From Gemmatimonadota bacterium (GTDB lineage: Bacteria; Gemmatimonadota; Gemmatimonadetes; Gemmatimonadales; Gemmatimonadaceae): a DNA stretch of 64,000 nucleotides. Positions 1-9,206 of this stretch are shown here, one piece after another. The notes beneath the pieces were generated by a model. The model had not been told where the DNA came from, did not search any database, and saw only the letters and a program-made list of their open reading frames with translations. Within the stretch, counting starts at the first letter, position 1; every line of letters starts with the position of its first letter. The stretch is from contig JAZJZK010000007.1 in the NCBI GenBank assembly GCA_040389905.1, forward strand, positions 127,482 to 191,481. The letters are read 5' to 3'. Made by a program: the position numbers and the translations under genes.

Positions 1-79
1 GTGGTCGAAAGGCAAGCCAATCGACCCGCTTCCGCTGCTGCAGCATTCGTCGCGCTGAGAACGAATGCAGGACATGTTC

Positions 80-147
80 GTTTTGTCGCCCTGAGCCCTT
101 CGTCGCTCGCGCTCCTCGAGGGTAAACTCCGCGAAGGGCCTGCACCT
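80..147. repeat. Intergenic repeat family B (68 bp)
   Basis: Exact reverse complement of 1183-1250; partial copies near 14099-14130, 14258-14324 and 24253-24285. Confidence 0.9.
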
Positions 148-427
148 GCCGCAGTTGCAGTTGTGAAGTTTGCTGTAGCCGAGCGCGACCGCAGAGCGTG
201 GCACACCAACTGCTTTTAAGGAGCCCACTCATGAGTGGAGACTCCAGTATGCGCGACGGACATCGGGACGACGATCGTGGGCTTCCTCGCAAGGGCGGCG
301 GGCGCCGTCGCATCCGGCGAGCTGAAGAAGCCGCGCACCCGCCCGTCGCGCGACAGAAGTCAGACAAGAACCTCGAAAAACTCTTGAAAGCGCGCCAGGA
401 ATACCTGAAGAGTCCGCGAACGACCCT

Positions 428-1057
428 TCACTGACGAGGGGGCAGGGTCAGTGCGCTACGCGTCGTCACATCGACCGTGTAGCCGTCTTTGGCCAGCAGC
501 GATTCCAGCAATTGGCGCGCGCTCCGGTCGGCTTGGGGGAGTAAGCCGGACTGCTCCCCTGCGGCGCGCAATTGAATGCGCGTCTGCGCCTGGATCTGGT
601 CACGGTCCTCCGGCTTGAACGGAAAGAGCAGGCCGGCTGATTCATCGTACGTGTGCGAGCTCAGCACCTCGATTCCAAGAATTTCAGCGCGCGGTAGCGC
701 AATGCTGATGTGTTTCGCGCGGTCATCGATGGCGACGTCGACATGCTTCGACAAGTCGATGCCCGCGAGCACCTTTCCAGTAACGACCACCAGCATCTTG
801 CGATGCATCCCGAAGCGACTCTGGTCGAAGGTTACCACGTCGCGGAGCGTGAGCTCCGTCGACACCAGCTTGGCCACGTCCTGGATCTGCGTGACCACCA
901 GCTCGTGCGTCACCTTGGGGGGCGACGCCGTCCACGGCCAGCGGACGCCGCCGACTGCGGTCTTCAGAAGCAGCCCGCCAACAACCAGTATCACGCCCAC
1001 AAGCGCGATGCGAACAACGAACTTCGTTGCGAACTGGCGGAGCGTGGCCGGTGGCAT
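428..1057 (-). CDS. DUF4230-like membrane-anchored protein
   Basis: N-terminal TM helix, then G-x-V-x-AGIDL and LPRAEIL motifs typical of DUF4230; start moved to MPPATL. Confidence 0.75.
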   Translation of the reverse strand: MPPATLRQFATKFVVRIALVGVILVVGGLLLKTAVGGVRWPWTASPPKVTHELVVTQIQDVAKLVSTELTLRDVVTFDQSRFGMHRKMLVVVTGKVLAGIDLSKHVDVAIDDRAKHISIALPRAEILGIEVLSSHTYDESAGLLFPFKPEDRDQIQAQTRIQLRAAGEQSGLLPQADRSARQLLESLLAKDGYTVDVTTRSALTLPPRQ

Positions 1058-1138
1058 GACTGAAAGATAGCGAGAGGGTCTACAACCAGCCGCACGGCCA
1101 CCCAAGAGTGTCATGCGATACGCCGGAAACCGTCTTTC

Positions 1139-1299
1139 ACCGCAGAGGACGCAGAGGAGCAGAGGTACGCGGAGGACTACGTAGGTGCAGGCCCTTCGCG
1201 GAGTTTACCCTCGAGGAGCGCGAGCGACGAAGGGCTCAGGGCGACAAAACAACCATGGTTTTCCTCTGCGTACCTCTGCTCCTCCGCGTCCTCTGCGGT
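1139..1299. repeat. REP/MITE-like element family A, copy 1 (38-bp inverted arms enclosing a family B unit)
   Basis: accgcagaggacgcagaggagcagaggtacgcggagga (1139-1176) vs its near-exact reverse complement at 1262-1299. Confidence 0.9.
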
Positions 1300-1436
1300 A
1301 AGATGAGAATGCCAAGTTGTACTCGGACCGAGTCGTCGGTGGTGACAACATGGATCCCGCGATAAGTTCGCAGCCGTTGGTGACGTTCTCACTTTCGTGC
1401 ACAGACTTTTCACGAAGGCCGTTCATGGATCGATTT

Positions 1437-3119
1437 ATGACTTCGCGCCGAGACTTCATCGGCAGCACGGCTCTCGCGGCCGTCGGCCTCACGCTGCCAA
1501 CGAGTTCGCCACTGCCCGACGCCGCGCCGCGAGGCTTCGTCGACCTGCTGCGCAATCCGGACAGTGTTCTCGTGCAGACCGCCACCGGCGAGGTTTCCCT
1601 CGCGCGAGAAGGCAATGGCCGCTGGACCAGCGGCACCGGTATCGTGGTCACAACAGCACAGCGCGCGGCGTCACTCAACATCGCGCTCGGCGCGCCAGCC
1701 GTTGCCGTCAGGCGAATCCGCCTCCGTTGGCGCGCGCGCATGAACGACGTGCAACTCATACTCGGCGATGCGTGGGAACGCGGCTACGGTGACCTCGAAT
1801 GGCGCGCATGGGCGCCAGATCGCGTGATGCCCTGGTATGCCGCGACGCACGACGGGTTGCTCACACATTGCTACGGTGTGAAGACAGGCGCTCGCGCGTT
1901 CTGCTATTGGCACGTTGATCCACAGGGGATCAGCCTGTGGACCGACGTTCGGAGCGGCGGCGCGGGCGTTCAGCTCGGAGACCGTGTGCTCGACGTCGCG
2001 GATGTGGTGTCGAGGGCAGGGCGGTCCGGAGAAAGCGCCTTCGCGGCCCTCCATGGCTTTTGCAAGCAGATGTGCGCCACTCCGCGCCTTCCGTCGCAAC
2101 CGGTGTATGGCAGCAACGACTGGTATTGGGCGTACGGCAAGAACAGCGTCGAATCCGTGCTGGCCGATGCGCGCAACATCGTCGAGCTGTCACCGTCCGG
2201 TAGCAACCGTCCCTTCGCCGTCATCGATGATGGCTGGCAGCCGGAGCGCAGCCGGGACAAGCAGGGCGTCGGCATGTGGGATCGCGGCAACGAAAAGTTT
2301 CCCGACATGGCTGGTCTCGCCGCCGACATTCGAAAGATCGGTGCGCGGCCCGGCATCTGGATTCGGCCGCTCCTGGCGATGAAGGACACGCCGGAGAACT
2401 GGCGTCTGCCTCGCGACAAGGCGTATCTCGACCCAACGGTTCCCGAGGTTCGGAAGAAGGTCGGCGACGATATCACGCGGCTTCGCCAATGGGGCTACGA
2501 GTTGATCAAGCACGACTACACCACCTACGACCTGCTCGGCCGGTGGGGTTTTCAGATGGGCGCCGAACTGACGCGCGGCAATTGGACGTTCGCGTCGGGG
2601 CCGTCGCGAACGACGGCGGAGATCATCAGCGAGTTGTACGCGACCATTCGCACCGGCGCGGGGAGCAGCCTGGTGATCGGCTGCAACACGGTGAGTCATC
2701 TCTCGGCAGGTCACTTCGAGATCTGCCGCATTGGTGACGACACGAGCGGCACCGAATGGGCGCGCACACGCAAGATGGGCGTGAACACGCTCGCCTTTCG
2801 CGGCGTGCAACACGGCGCGTTTTACGTCGCGGACGCGGACTGTGTCGGCGTCACAAATGCGATTCCGTGGGCTGAGAACAAGCAGTGGCTCGATCTGCTT
2901 GCGCGCAGCGGCACGATGCTCTTCGTCTCGCTCGCGCCCGATGCACTCGGCGCCGAGCAACGGCGCGATTTGAAGGACGCCCTCGCGCTTGCGGCGCAGC
3001 CGCATCCCGTCGGCGAGCCGCTTGATTGGCAGCGGAGCGTGTACCCCGCGCGGTGGCGGCTGATGGGGCGGGAGAAGACGTTCGATTGGGTCGGCGCGGA
3101 TGGCGTTGGGGCGCCGTAA
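1437..3119 (+). CDS. Tat-exported alpha-galactosidase-like glycoside hydrolase (GH27/GH36 clan)
   Basis: SRRDFI Tat signal; NDWY, IDDGW, KFPDM, LDPT, IKHD, RIGDD motifs. Confidence 0.75.
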   Translation: MTSRRDFIGSTALAAVGLTLPTSSPLPDAAPRGFVDLLRNPDSVLVQTATGEVSLAREGNGRWTSGTGIVVTTAQRAASLNIALGAPAVAVRRIRLRWRARMNDVQLILGDAWERGYGDLEWRAWAPDRVMPWYAATHDGLLTHCYGVKTGARAFCYWHVDPQGISLWTDVRSGGAGVQLGDRVLDVADVVSRAGRSGESAFAALHGFCKQMCATPRLPSQPVYGSNDWYWAYGKNSVESVLADARNIVELSPSGSNRPFAVIDDGWQPERSRDKQGVGMWDRGNEKFPDMAGLAADIRKIGARPGIWIRPLLAMKDTPENWRLPRDKAYLDPTVPEVRKKVGDDITRLRQWGYELIKHDYTTYDLLGRWGFQMGAELTRGNWTFASGPSRTTAEIISELYATIRTGAGSSLVIGCNTVSHLSAGHFEICRIGDDTSGTEWARTRKMGVNTLAFRGVQHGAFYVADADCVGVTNAIPWAENKQWLDLLARSGTMLFVSLAPDALGAEQRRDLKDALALAAQPHPVGEPLDWQRSVYPARWRLMGREKTFDWVGADGVGAP

Positions 3120-3205
3120 CGAGTCCGCTGTGCGTTATGCGCTCGCCGCGATCCGCCGTACGCCTACGCCGTTCGGCCCTACGCCGTTCGCACAAGCTGG
3201 CCGTC

Positions 3206-5590
3206 CTACCGATCCAACTCCGCTCGCACGCGCCGCGCGAGCGCAGCGGACGAAAAAGGCTTCTGCAAGTACGCCGTTCCTTCGTCGATGATGTCACGCG
3301 TCGAATTGACGGCCGATGGGTATCCCGACACGAACATGCAGCGGAGTTCCGGACGCAGTGCCGTCAGCCGCTTTCCGAGCTCCACACCGTTCATCTCCGG
3401 CATCACCAGATCGAGCACTGCTAACGAGATCTTTCCCCGATTCGTCTCGAGGAGCCGTATCGCTTCGCTCGGCGCATTCGTCGAGAGCACGGTGTAGCCG
3501 AGTCCCTCGAGCATGCGTCGCGTCATGTGGAGGACCATCGGTTCGTCCTCGACCACCAGAATCGTCTCGGTTCCGCCGATCACCAGCGCCTCGTGGGCCT
3601 CTGGCGGCGTATGAACCGGCGTCGCATCATGGCGCGGCAGGTAGACAGAGACCGTGGTACCCGCGCCTAATGAGCTCTCCACGACGACGAATCCGTGATT
3701 CTGTCGCGTGATGCCGTAGACCATCGCCAAGCCGAGACCCGTGCCGTGCCCCGGACCCTTGGTCGTGAAAAACGGTTCGAAGATGTGCTCGACGGTTTCT
3801 GCGTCCATTCCCGCGCCCGTATCGGCCACGGAGAGTGCGACGAAATCGCCGGTCGTCGCATCCGGATGCGCGAGCACGAACGCCTCGTCGATCGACACGT
3901 TCGCCGTCCGGATCGTGACGCGGCCCGTTCCTTCGAGCGAATCGCGGGCGTTCACGGTGAGATTCGTGAGTACCTGGTCGATCTGCGACGGATCGACCTT
4001 CACCGGCCATGGTGCCTCACCGGGCTCCCACCGTAACTCCACGTCTTCGCCGATCAAGCGGCTCAGCATGCGCATGGCCGTGCTGACGTTGTCGTTCAGC
4101 TGTTGCACGGAGGGCGTGATCGTCTGGCGTCGTGCGAAGGCAAGGAGCTGGCGCGTGAGATCGGCCGACCGCTTGCCCGCCGCCTGGACCTCGAGCAGGT
4201 CGTTGCGCACCGGGTGGTCGGGTGGCAAGTCACCCATCGCCAACTCGATCGACCCGAGGATCACTGCGAGCATGTTGTTGAAGTCATGCGCGATGCCACC
4301 GGCAAGCCGCCCGACGGATTCCATCTTCTCCGCCTGCGTGAGACGCTCGAGCAACCGCACACGCTCCCGCTCGGCATCGCGATTCGCGGTGACGTCGCGC
4401 GACCCGCCAACGGTGCGAGACGGAGCGCCGTTCGCGAAGAAAGTCTGGGAGTGCGACTCGATCCAACGCACCGTCCCGTCATCGCGCACGATCCGGAAAT
4501 CCACCTCGAACACGCCGTTGCCAGTCGGATCATGCGCGCGCTGCACCGCGGCGCCAATCCGCGCACGATCGTCGGGATGAATACGCTGCACGAGGTCGCC
4601 AAGCGTAACGTTGCCACGGCTGGGGAAGCCGAACAGCGTACGCGCTTCGGGCGACCAATAGATCGTTCCCGTGACGTGATCGTGATCGAATACGCCGATC
4701 TGTGACACCCGCACGACCTGCGCAAGCTGGTCCTCGCGAAACGCGAGTGCGAACTCCGCCGTGCGCCGAAGGTCAGCGGTCGCGAACGCATCGAGGGCGA
4801 AGGAGATGTTCGCACCAATCTCGGTCAGCAGTTGCTGTTCGTCCTCGGAGAAAAAGCCCTGATCGGCGGAATCGAGGTCGAGCGAACCGACGACGACACC
4901 AAGACGGCTGAGTGAAACACTTGCTGTCGCGCGGTGTCCTGATGCCGCGAGATTCAGGTGGTCGTCGGCTGGGCCGGCTCGCGCCACGGGGTGGATGAGT
5001 CCTGACTCCGGGAGCGCGAGGCTGATCCGTGCCATCCGGAACTGCCCTTCGGTGACGACGATGTCGCAAATCTCCTGAAGGAGCGGCGCCTGGCTGGTGT
5101 GTCGCACAATCGCGGCGCTCACGTGGCTCAGCACGGCGTAGAGCCGAGAGAGAACCGAGATGCGATGTTCGCTCGCCCGCAGCTCCATCACGTCGGTGAA
5201 CGCGCCGATCATTCCCGTCGGCTTTCCAGCAGGGTCTCGCGTGACCGACGTCGACAGCCGCGAATAGAAGCGCCCGCCATCCCGGCGCACGCAGCGCGCT
5301 TCGCCAACCCAGATGCCGCGTGCCTCGAGGATTTGCGGGACGATCTCGTGCGCGACGTCGGAGAAGGACGACACTGGCCGCCCGACAACATCGTCCGTGG
5401 AGGAATAGCCCCACAACCGGAGGAAGGACGGATTGACGTAGGTGATGATGCCCTGAAGGTCCGCGAGCGCGATGGCCTGCGGCAGTGACTCCACCACCTG
5501 ACGCTGCTGGAGGAGTAGGTCATCCTCCCGACGCCTCGTCGAGACGTCGTTTAGGTCGTCGTCGTCGTCATCGCCGACATTCACTGGCAT
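3206..5590 (-). CDS. Hybrid PAS/GAF sensor histidine kinase with receiver domain (CckA-like)
   Basis: [11 protein letters not shown]-box, [26 protein letters not shown]-terminal VEDE/DLVMP/KPF receiver. Confidence 0.92.
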   Translation of the reverse strand: MPVNVGDDDDDDLNDVSTRRREDDLLLQQRQVVESLPQAIALADLQGIITYVNPSFLRLWGYSSTDDVVGRPVSSFSDVAHEIVPQILEARGIWVGEARCVRRDGGRFYSRLSTSVTRDPAGKPTGMIGAFTDVMELRASEHRISVLSRLYAVLSHVSAAIVRHTSQAPLLQEICDIVVTEGQFRMARISLALPESGLIHPVARAGPADDHLNLAASGHRATASVSLSRLGVVVGSLDLDSADQGFFSEDEQQLLTEIGANISFALDAFATADLRRTAEFALAFREDQLAQVVRVSQIGVFDHDHVTGTIYWSPEARTLFGFPSRGNVTLGDLVQRIHPDDRARIGAAVQRAHDPTGNGVFEVDFRIVRDDGTVRWIESHSQTFFANGAPSRTVGGSRDVTANRDAERERVRLLERLTQAEKMESVGRLAGGIAHDFNNMLAVILGSIELAMGDLPPDHPVRNDLLEVQAAGKRSADLTRQLLAFARRQTITPSVQQLNDNVSTAMRMLSRLIGEDVELRWEPGEAPWPVKVDPSQIDQVLTNLTVNARDSLEGTGRVTIRTANVSIDEAFVLAHPDATTGDFVALSVADTGAGMDAETVEHIFEPFFTTKGPGHGTGLGLAMVYGITRQNHGFVVVESSLGAGTTVSVYLPRHDATPVHTPPEAHEALVIGGTETILVVEDEPMVLHMTRRMLEGLGYTVLSTNAPSEAIRLLETNRGKISLAVLDLVMPEMNGVELGKRLTALRPELRCMFVSGYPSAVNSTRDIIDEGTAYLQKPFSSAALARRVRAELDR

Positions 5591-5781
5591 CTTCGCCGTC
5601 TGTAGTGTTCCGCGGGCCAACTTTTCGATGACGACGTCGCAATCGAGTTGGCAGAAGGTACGCCGACTCGCTCAGCGCGGCAAATTCTGTATGTTCGACC
5701 AGTGTTCGCGACAAGTGAACACCGAGGCATACGTACGTTTAGGTACAGAAGGCCATCTCACCGAATGGAGCGAAGGATCAC

Positions 5782-6282
5782 ATGATTCGAACGATCGAGG
5801 ATTTCGTCACCGTCTGGAACCAGGAAGCTGCCAACACGTTGAAGCTCTTCAGGGGCCTCTCGGACGCGTCGATGCCGCAGGCCATCACCGGCGAACACCG
5901 CGACCTCGGCCGCCTCGCGTGGCACATCACGACGACCATTCGCGAAATGATGGAGCGGACGGGACTTCACGTTGAAGGCCCGGAGCCCGATGCGCCCGTG
6001 CCATCCTCCGCGGAAGAAATCGTGAAGGAATACGCGCGTTCCTCCGAATCGTTCGTGAAGTCGCTGGACGCCTGGACCGACGCGACGCTCGATCAGGAAG
6101 ACAACCTGTACGGCGAGTCCTGGCGCCGGAGTCTCACGCTTCAGATTCTCCTACTCCACCAGACGCATCATCGCGGGCAGATGACGGTCCTGATGCGTCA
6201 AGCGGGGCTTCCGGTGCCGGGAATGTACGGCCCGGCGAAAGAGGACTGGGCGAAGTACGGAATGCCGACGCCTGCTATCTAG
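5782..6282 (+). CDS. DinB family protein
   Basis: LAWHI and HQTHHRGQM motifs; AAGGA RBS. Confidence 0.9.
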   Translation: MIRTIEDFVTVWNQEAANTLKLFRGLSDASMPQAITGEHRDLGRLAWHITTTIREMMERTGLHVEGPEPDAPVPSSAEEIVKEYARSSESFVKSLDAWTDATLDQEDNLYGESWRRSLTLQILLLHQTHHRGQMTVLMRQAGLPVPGMYGPAKEDWAKYGMPTPAI

Positions 6283-6317
6283 GGGCAAGGTGCGTCCCTC
6301 GTCCCCAAAGAAAGTCC

Positions 6318-6346
6318 TTGACACCAATCCGGTGTTCGCCTAAGAT
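6318..6346 (+). promoter_or_regulatory. Sigma70-type promoter for the rtcB/tRNA locus
   Basis: TTGACA (6318-6323), 17-nt spacer, TAAGAT (6341-6346). Confidence 0.75.
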
Positions 6347-6513
6347 GCTCGGCAGGGAGTCGCGTCCCGATGTTCACGTGTCGTTCAGCTATGCATATTC
6401 ATGCATTGTGAGACGGCCAGACCCGAAGGCTTAGCCCTTCGCGTTGTTCATCGGCGGCGCGATTTGTCGTTTTGGCCTCCTCGCACTTTCAGGAACTCAA
6501 TCAATCCAACTGC

Positions 6514-6702
6514 ATGACGACCTCACTTACCCACCTACTCGCGAACGACCGATGCGCCGGCTCCTGCCAGCGTGCCGCGAGCTCGATCGCGCGAATTGGT
6601 GGCGACGCACCGAGGCCAGTTGCAGTACAAAAAGCCTATCCGTGGACGCAGGTCAACGGAACGAACGACGCAGGCTCCGCAGGGGGAGGCCGTACTTCTT
6701 AG
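6514..6702 (+). CDS. Putative 62-aa leader peptide (MTTSLTHLL...SAGGGRTS)
   Basis: ATG ORF between promoter and terminator hairpin; its 3' end can pair with the terminator 5' arm; weak RBS. Confidence 0.45.
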   Translation: MTTSLTHLLANDRCAGSCQRAASSIARIGGDAPRPVAVQKAYPWTQVNGTNDAGSAGGGRTS

Positions 6703-6737
6703 AGTACGACATTCAACTTCGGACACGGGACAGCGAC

Positions 6738-6782
6738 AACGCCCCGCCTGCGCAAACGTGCCAGGCGGGGCGTTCTGCATTC
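6738..6782 (+). terminator. Attenuator-type terminator hairpin
   Basis: Perfect 13-bp stem aacgccccgcctg/caggcggggcgtt with an imperfect U-rich tail. Confidence 0.6.
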
Positions 6783-6784
6783 AC

Positions 6785-6800
6785 GCTGTTTGACAAGTGA
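6785..6800 (+). promoter_or_regulatory. boxA-like antitermination motif, copy 1
   Basis: GCTGTTTGACAAGTGA; 14/16 identical to 8475-8490; resembles rrn boxA. Confidence 0.5.
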
Positions 6801-7036
6801 TGATCCGAAATGACGTACACTCGTCGTCGGCCGGCGCGACATGATGCTCCATGCAGAGAGACACGCGACTCCCCTGTATGTGGTATCCGCTGTCGTTGCC
6901 GCGCTGACAGCGACGTCCCAACTGTTTTGCCTCTGGAGCGCTCGCGGTGCCCTCTCGCCACCTCGCTCCAGGGGCAGGTCAACCAACACCATTCAACCCC
7001 AGGAACGACGCGTATGGGCGTTCGCCGCGCGTCAAC

Positions 7037-7151
7037 GGGTCCGTAGCTCAATCAGAGCACGGTGTCGCCGCACGTACTCCCATTGCCTGACGAAGGCCGG
7101 ACCGTGAGGAGCACGCCACCGAAGATGCGGGTGCAAATCCCGCCGTCCCGA
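7037..7151 (+). ncRNA. tRNA-like RNA with a 52-nt insert replacing the anticodon loop
   Basis: TA-GCTC-aatca-GAGC D arm; CGGTG/CACCG anticodon stem (7060-64/7117-21); GCGGG-TGCAAAT-CCCGC T arm; imperfect acceptor stem. Confidence 0.7.
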
Positions 7152-7215
7152 TTCCTGCCTGGTCGGATCATCACTGCCCAGGGCAATTCAGCCACACACT
7201 CACGAGTACCGCATC

Positions 7216-8442
7216 ATGAAGATTTTTGGTCAGCACGACGAGAAGACTCTCGTCCAGTTCAATAACGTTCGCGCGCAGGCGGTCGACGCTGCGCTGATGG
7301 CCGACGGGCATGTCGGCTACGTCATGCCCATTGGTGGTGTGGCGTCATACCGGAATCAGGTGTCCGTCGTCGGAGTCGGTTTCGACATCGCGTGCGGCAA
7401 CGCCGCCATTCGTACGGACCTCACCGTTGCGTCGCTCGGTGAGAGCCCGGCCGACGTGCAGCAGGCACTCTCGTCGCTCGCCGATGAGATCGCGGGAACG
7501 ATCAGCTTCGGTATCGGCCGGAAGAACCGCGCCGATGATGCACCGGTCGATCACGCGCTCTTCACCGACGCTTCCTGGGACGCTGTGCCCGCGAAGCACC
7601 GGCAGGCGCTGCAGGTGAAGGCGCGGCAGCAGCTTGGAACAGTCGGAAGTGGCAATCACTATGTCGACGTCTTCGCGGACGAGCGGGGCACGTTGTGGGT
7701 TGGCGTGCACTTCGGTTCGCGCGGATTCGGACACACGGTCGCGTCGGCATTTCTTGCGCTCGGCCAGGGCAAGGAGTGGGGCGAGCGCGTGCCGGAGACG
7801 GAAGTGCTGCTCGACATTGGGCAGCCGGTCGGCCACGACTATTGGCACCTGATGAATCTTGCAGGCGAGTACGCGTACGCCGGACGCGAATGGGTTGCCC
7901 GCAAGGTTGTCTCGCTCCTTGGGGGGACCGAGATGGAACTCGTGCACAACCACCACAACTTCGCGTGGAAGGAAGAGCACGATGGTGAAGAGGTGATCGT
8001 CATCCGGAAGGGCGCGACGCCTGCGTTTCCTGGGCAGAAGGGTTTTGTCGGCGGTTCGATGGGTGACGACGCCGTGATCGTGAAGGGAACGTCGGCGAGC
8101 ATTGCGTCAACGGAGGTGCAGAGCGCGCAGCGCGCCTCGCTCTACTCGACGGTCCACGGCGCAGGACGCGTGATGTCGCGCACGATGGCCGCAGGAAAGC
8201 GCGTGCGTCGCACGGGCCGGCAGCTGAGCCGAGGGCTCATCTCGCCCGGCATGATGGAGAGTTGGGTGAAGGAGAAGGGCGTCACGCTCCGCGGCGGCGG
8301 TGTGGACGAGAGTCCTCACGTCTACCGTCGACTGCCTGAGGTGCTCTCTGCTCAGGAGGGGACGATCGAAGTGCTGCACGTCCTACGGCCGCTGGTTGTC
8401 GTGATGGCCGGGGAGAACGAGTTCGATCCGTACAAGGACTAG
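7216..8442 (+). CDS. rtcB: RtcB family RNA ligase (3'-phosphate/cyclic phosphate to 5'-OH)
   Basis: DGHVGYVMPIGG, VGFDIACG, GTVGSGNHY, HFGSRG, HNHHN, RKGATPA, GSMG, HGAGR, DESP motifs. Confidence 0.96.
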   Translation: MKIFGQHDEKTLVQFNNVRAQAVDAALMADGHVGYVMPIGGVASYRNQVSVVGVGFDIACGNAAIRTDLTVASLGESPADVQQALSSLADEIAGTISFGIGRKNRADDAPVDHALFTDASWDAVPAKHRQALQVKARQQLGTVGSGNHYVDVFADERGTLWVGVHFGSRGFGHTVASAFLALGQGKEWGERVPETEVLLDIGQPVGHDYWHLMNLAGEYAYAGREWVARKVVSLLGGTEMELVHNHHNFAWKEEHDGEEVIVIRKGATPAFPGQKGFVGGSMGDDAVIVKGTSASIASTEVQSAQRASLYSTVHGAGRVMSRTMAAGKRVRRTGRQLSRGLISPGMMESWVKEKGVTLRGGGVDESPHVYRRLPEVLSAQEGTIEVLHVLRPLVVVMAGENEFDPYKD

Positions 8443-8474
8443 ACACCGGTAGACGCGCGTGGGGGCATCCGGAT

Positions 8475-8490
8475 GTTGTTTGACAACTGA
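8475..8490 (+). promoter_or_regulatory. boxA-like antitermination motif, copy 2
   Basis: GTTGTTTGACAACTGA, directly upstream of the tRNA cluster. Confidence 0.5.
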
Positions 8491-8509
8491 CGTGAGTCTG
8501 TGGCACACG

Positions 8510-8596
8510 AAGTATCCGCGGGCGAGGTTCGATTCCGCGCTGTCTGATGGTGCCCCGGCAAGGCGCGTTCGAACTCGAATCTTCTCGCGGGTACTT
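8510..8596 (+). ncRNA. Long hairpin RNA containing a T-loop motif
   Basis: 13-bp closing stem aagtatccgcggg/ctcgcgggtactt; internal GGTTCGATTCC. Confidence 0.45.
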
Positions 8597-8597
8597 T

Positions 8598-8670
8598 CTC
8601 CCTGTCGGCAATGGACAGTCAACGAGCCTCCGAAGCTCGATTAGTGCGCGTTCGAATCGCGCCGGGGAGA
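8598..8670 (+). tRNA. tRNA-Arg(CCG), no encoded CCA
   Basis: Acceptor CTCCCTG/CGGGGAG; anticodon arm CGAGC-CTCCGAA-GCTCG; T arm GCGCG-TTCGAAT-CGCGC; weak 3-bp D stem. Confidence 0.8.
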
Positions 8671-8686
8671 CTCTCCGCCGCACCAC

Positions 8687-8755
8687 ACCTCCGCCTGCGG
8701 ACCAGGCAACGGGTTTCCTAAACCTGTCACGAGAGTTCGAGTCTCTCCGGGGGTT
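8687..8755 (+). tRNA. tRNA-Arg(CCT) with short atypical D region, no encoded CCA
   Basis: Acceptor ACCTCCG/CGGGGGT; anticodon arm CGGGT-TTCCTAA-ACCTG; T arm GAGAG-TTCGAGT-CTCTC. Confidence 0.75.
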
Positions 8756-8831
8756 CTGGCATTAGCAGGCTCGATGAGTGCCGCCAGCGACATCTGGCAG
8801 ACGGTGCGTTCACGTCTCACTCGGCCTATCT

Positions 8832-8904
8832 GTCTCGGTAGCTCCAGCGGTAGAGCGCCAGCCTGAAGAGCTGGGCGACGGTGGTTCGAATCCATCCCGA
8901 GACA
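8832..8904 (+). tRNA. tRNA-Phe(GAA), no encoded CCA
   Basis: Canonical cloverleaf: GTCTCGG/CCGAGAC, GCTC/GAGC, CCAGC-CTGAAGA-GCTGG, GGTGG-TTCGAAT-CCATC. Confidence 0.92.
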
Positions 8905-8910
8905 CTCAAC

Positions 8911-8982
8911 GACCGGCACCTCTGGCGAGGTGGCGCGCCTGCAAAGCGCGCAAACAGGGTTCGATTCTCTGGCCGGTCTCCA
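8911..8982 (+). tRNA. tRNA-Cys(GCA) with atypical D region, CCA encoded
   Basis: GACCGGC/GCCGGTC acceptor, U73 discriminator plus CCA; CGCGC-CTGCAAA-GCGCG; CAGGG-TTCGATT-CTCTG. Confidence 0.85.
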
Positions 8983-9206
8983 CCTTCGATTTCGCTGTTG
9001 GCGCATGTCACGCCCCATTGCGACAGGGATTTGTCGGCAGGGCGTGACTCATTGCGGTGTACGCGGCGTCTGTCAAAGGCGCCTAAGCCCCGAGGGTACA
9101 AGGACGGGCGAGTATGACCGCAGCGTGGCGGGATCGGCCTCATGCGCGACGGCCCCTCGCCACTTCGCCGGGATCGCACAGTCAGGATGATGTGCTCGCT
9201 GACCGG

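Noticed and set aside
198..434. Small basic ORF
   Set aside because: May be real (GGAG before ATG) but has no recognisable family; not called
3163..3190. CCTACGCCGTTCG direct repeat x2
   Set aside because: Too short to interpret; no other copies noticed
6391..6406. ATGCAT-N4-ATGCAT palindrome as an operator
   Set aside because: Plausible position but no cognate regulator or second copy to support it
6790..6821. TTGACA...TACACT as an internal promoter
   Set aside because: 20-nt spacing; the motif fits the duplicated boxA-like element better
7086..7110. CTGACGA as a hammerhead ribozyme core
   Set aside because: No GAAA after a stem II and no matching stems I/III
9065..9083. Hairpin loop TGTCAAA as a Sec/UGA-suppressor or Asp anticodon
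   Set aside because: No U33 in the UCA register and no T arm or cloverleaf context
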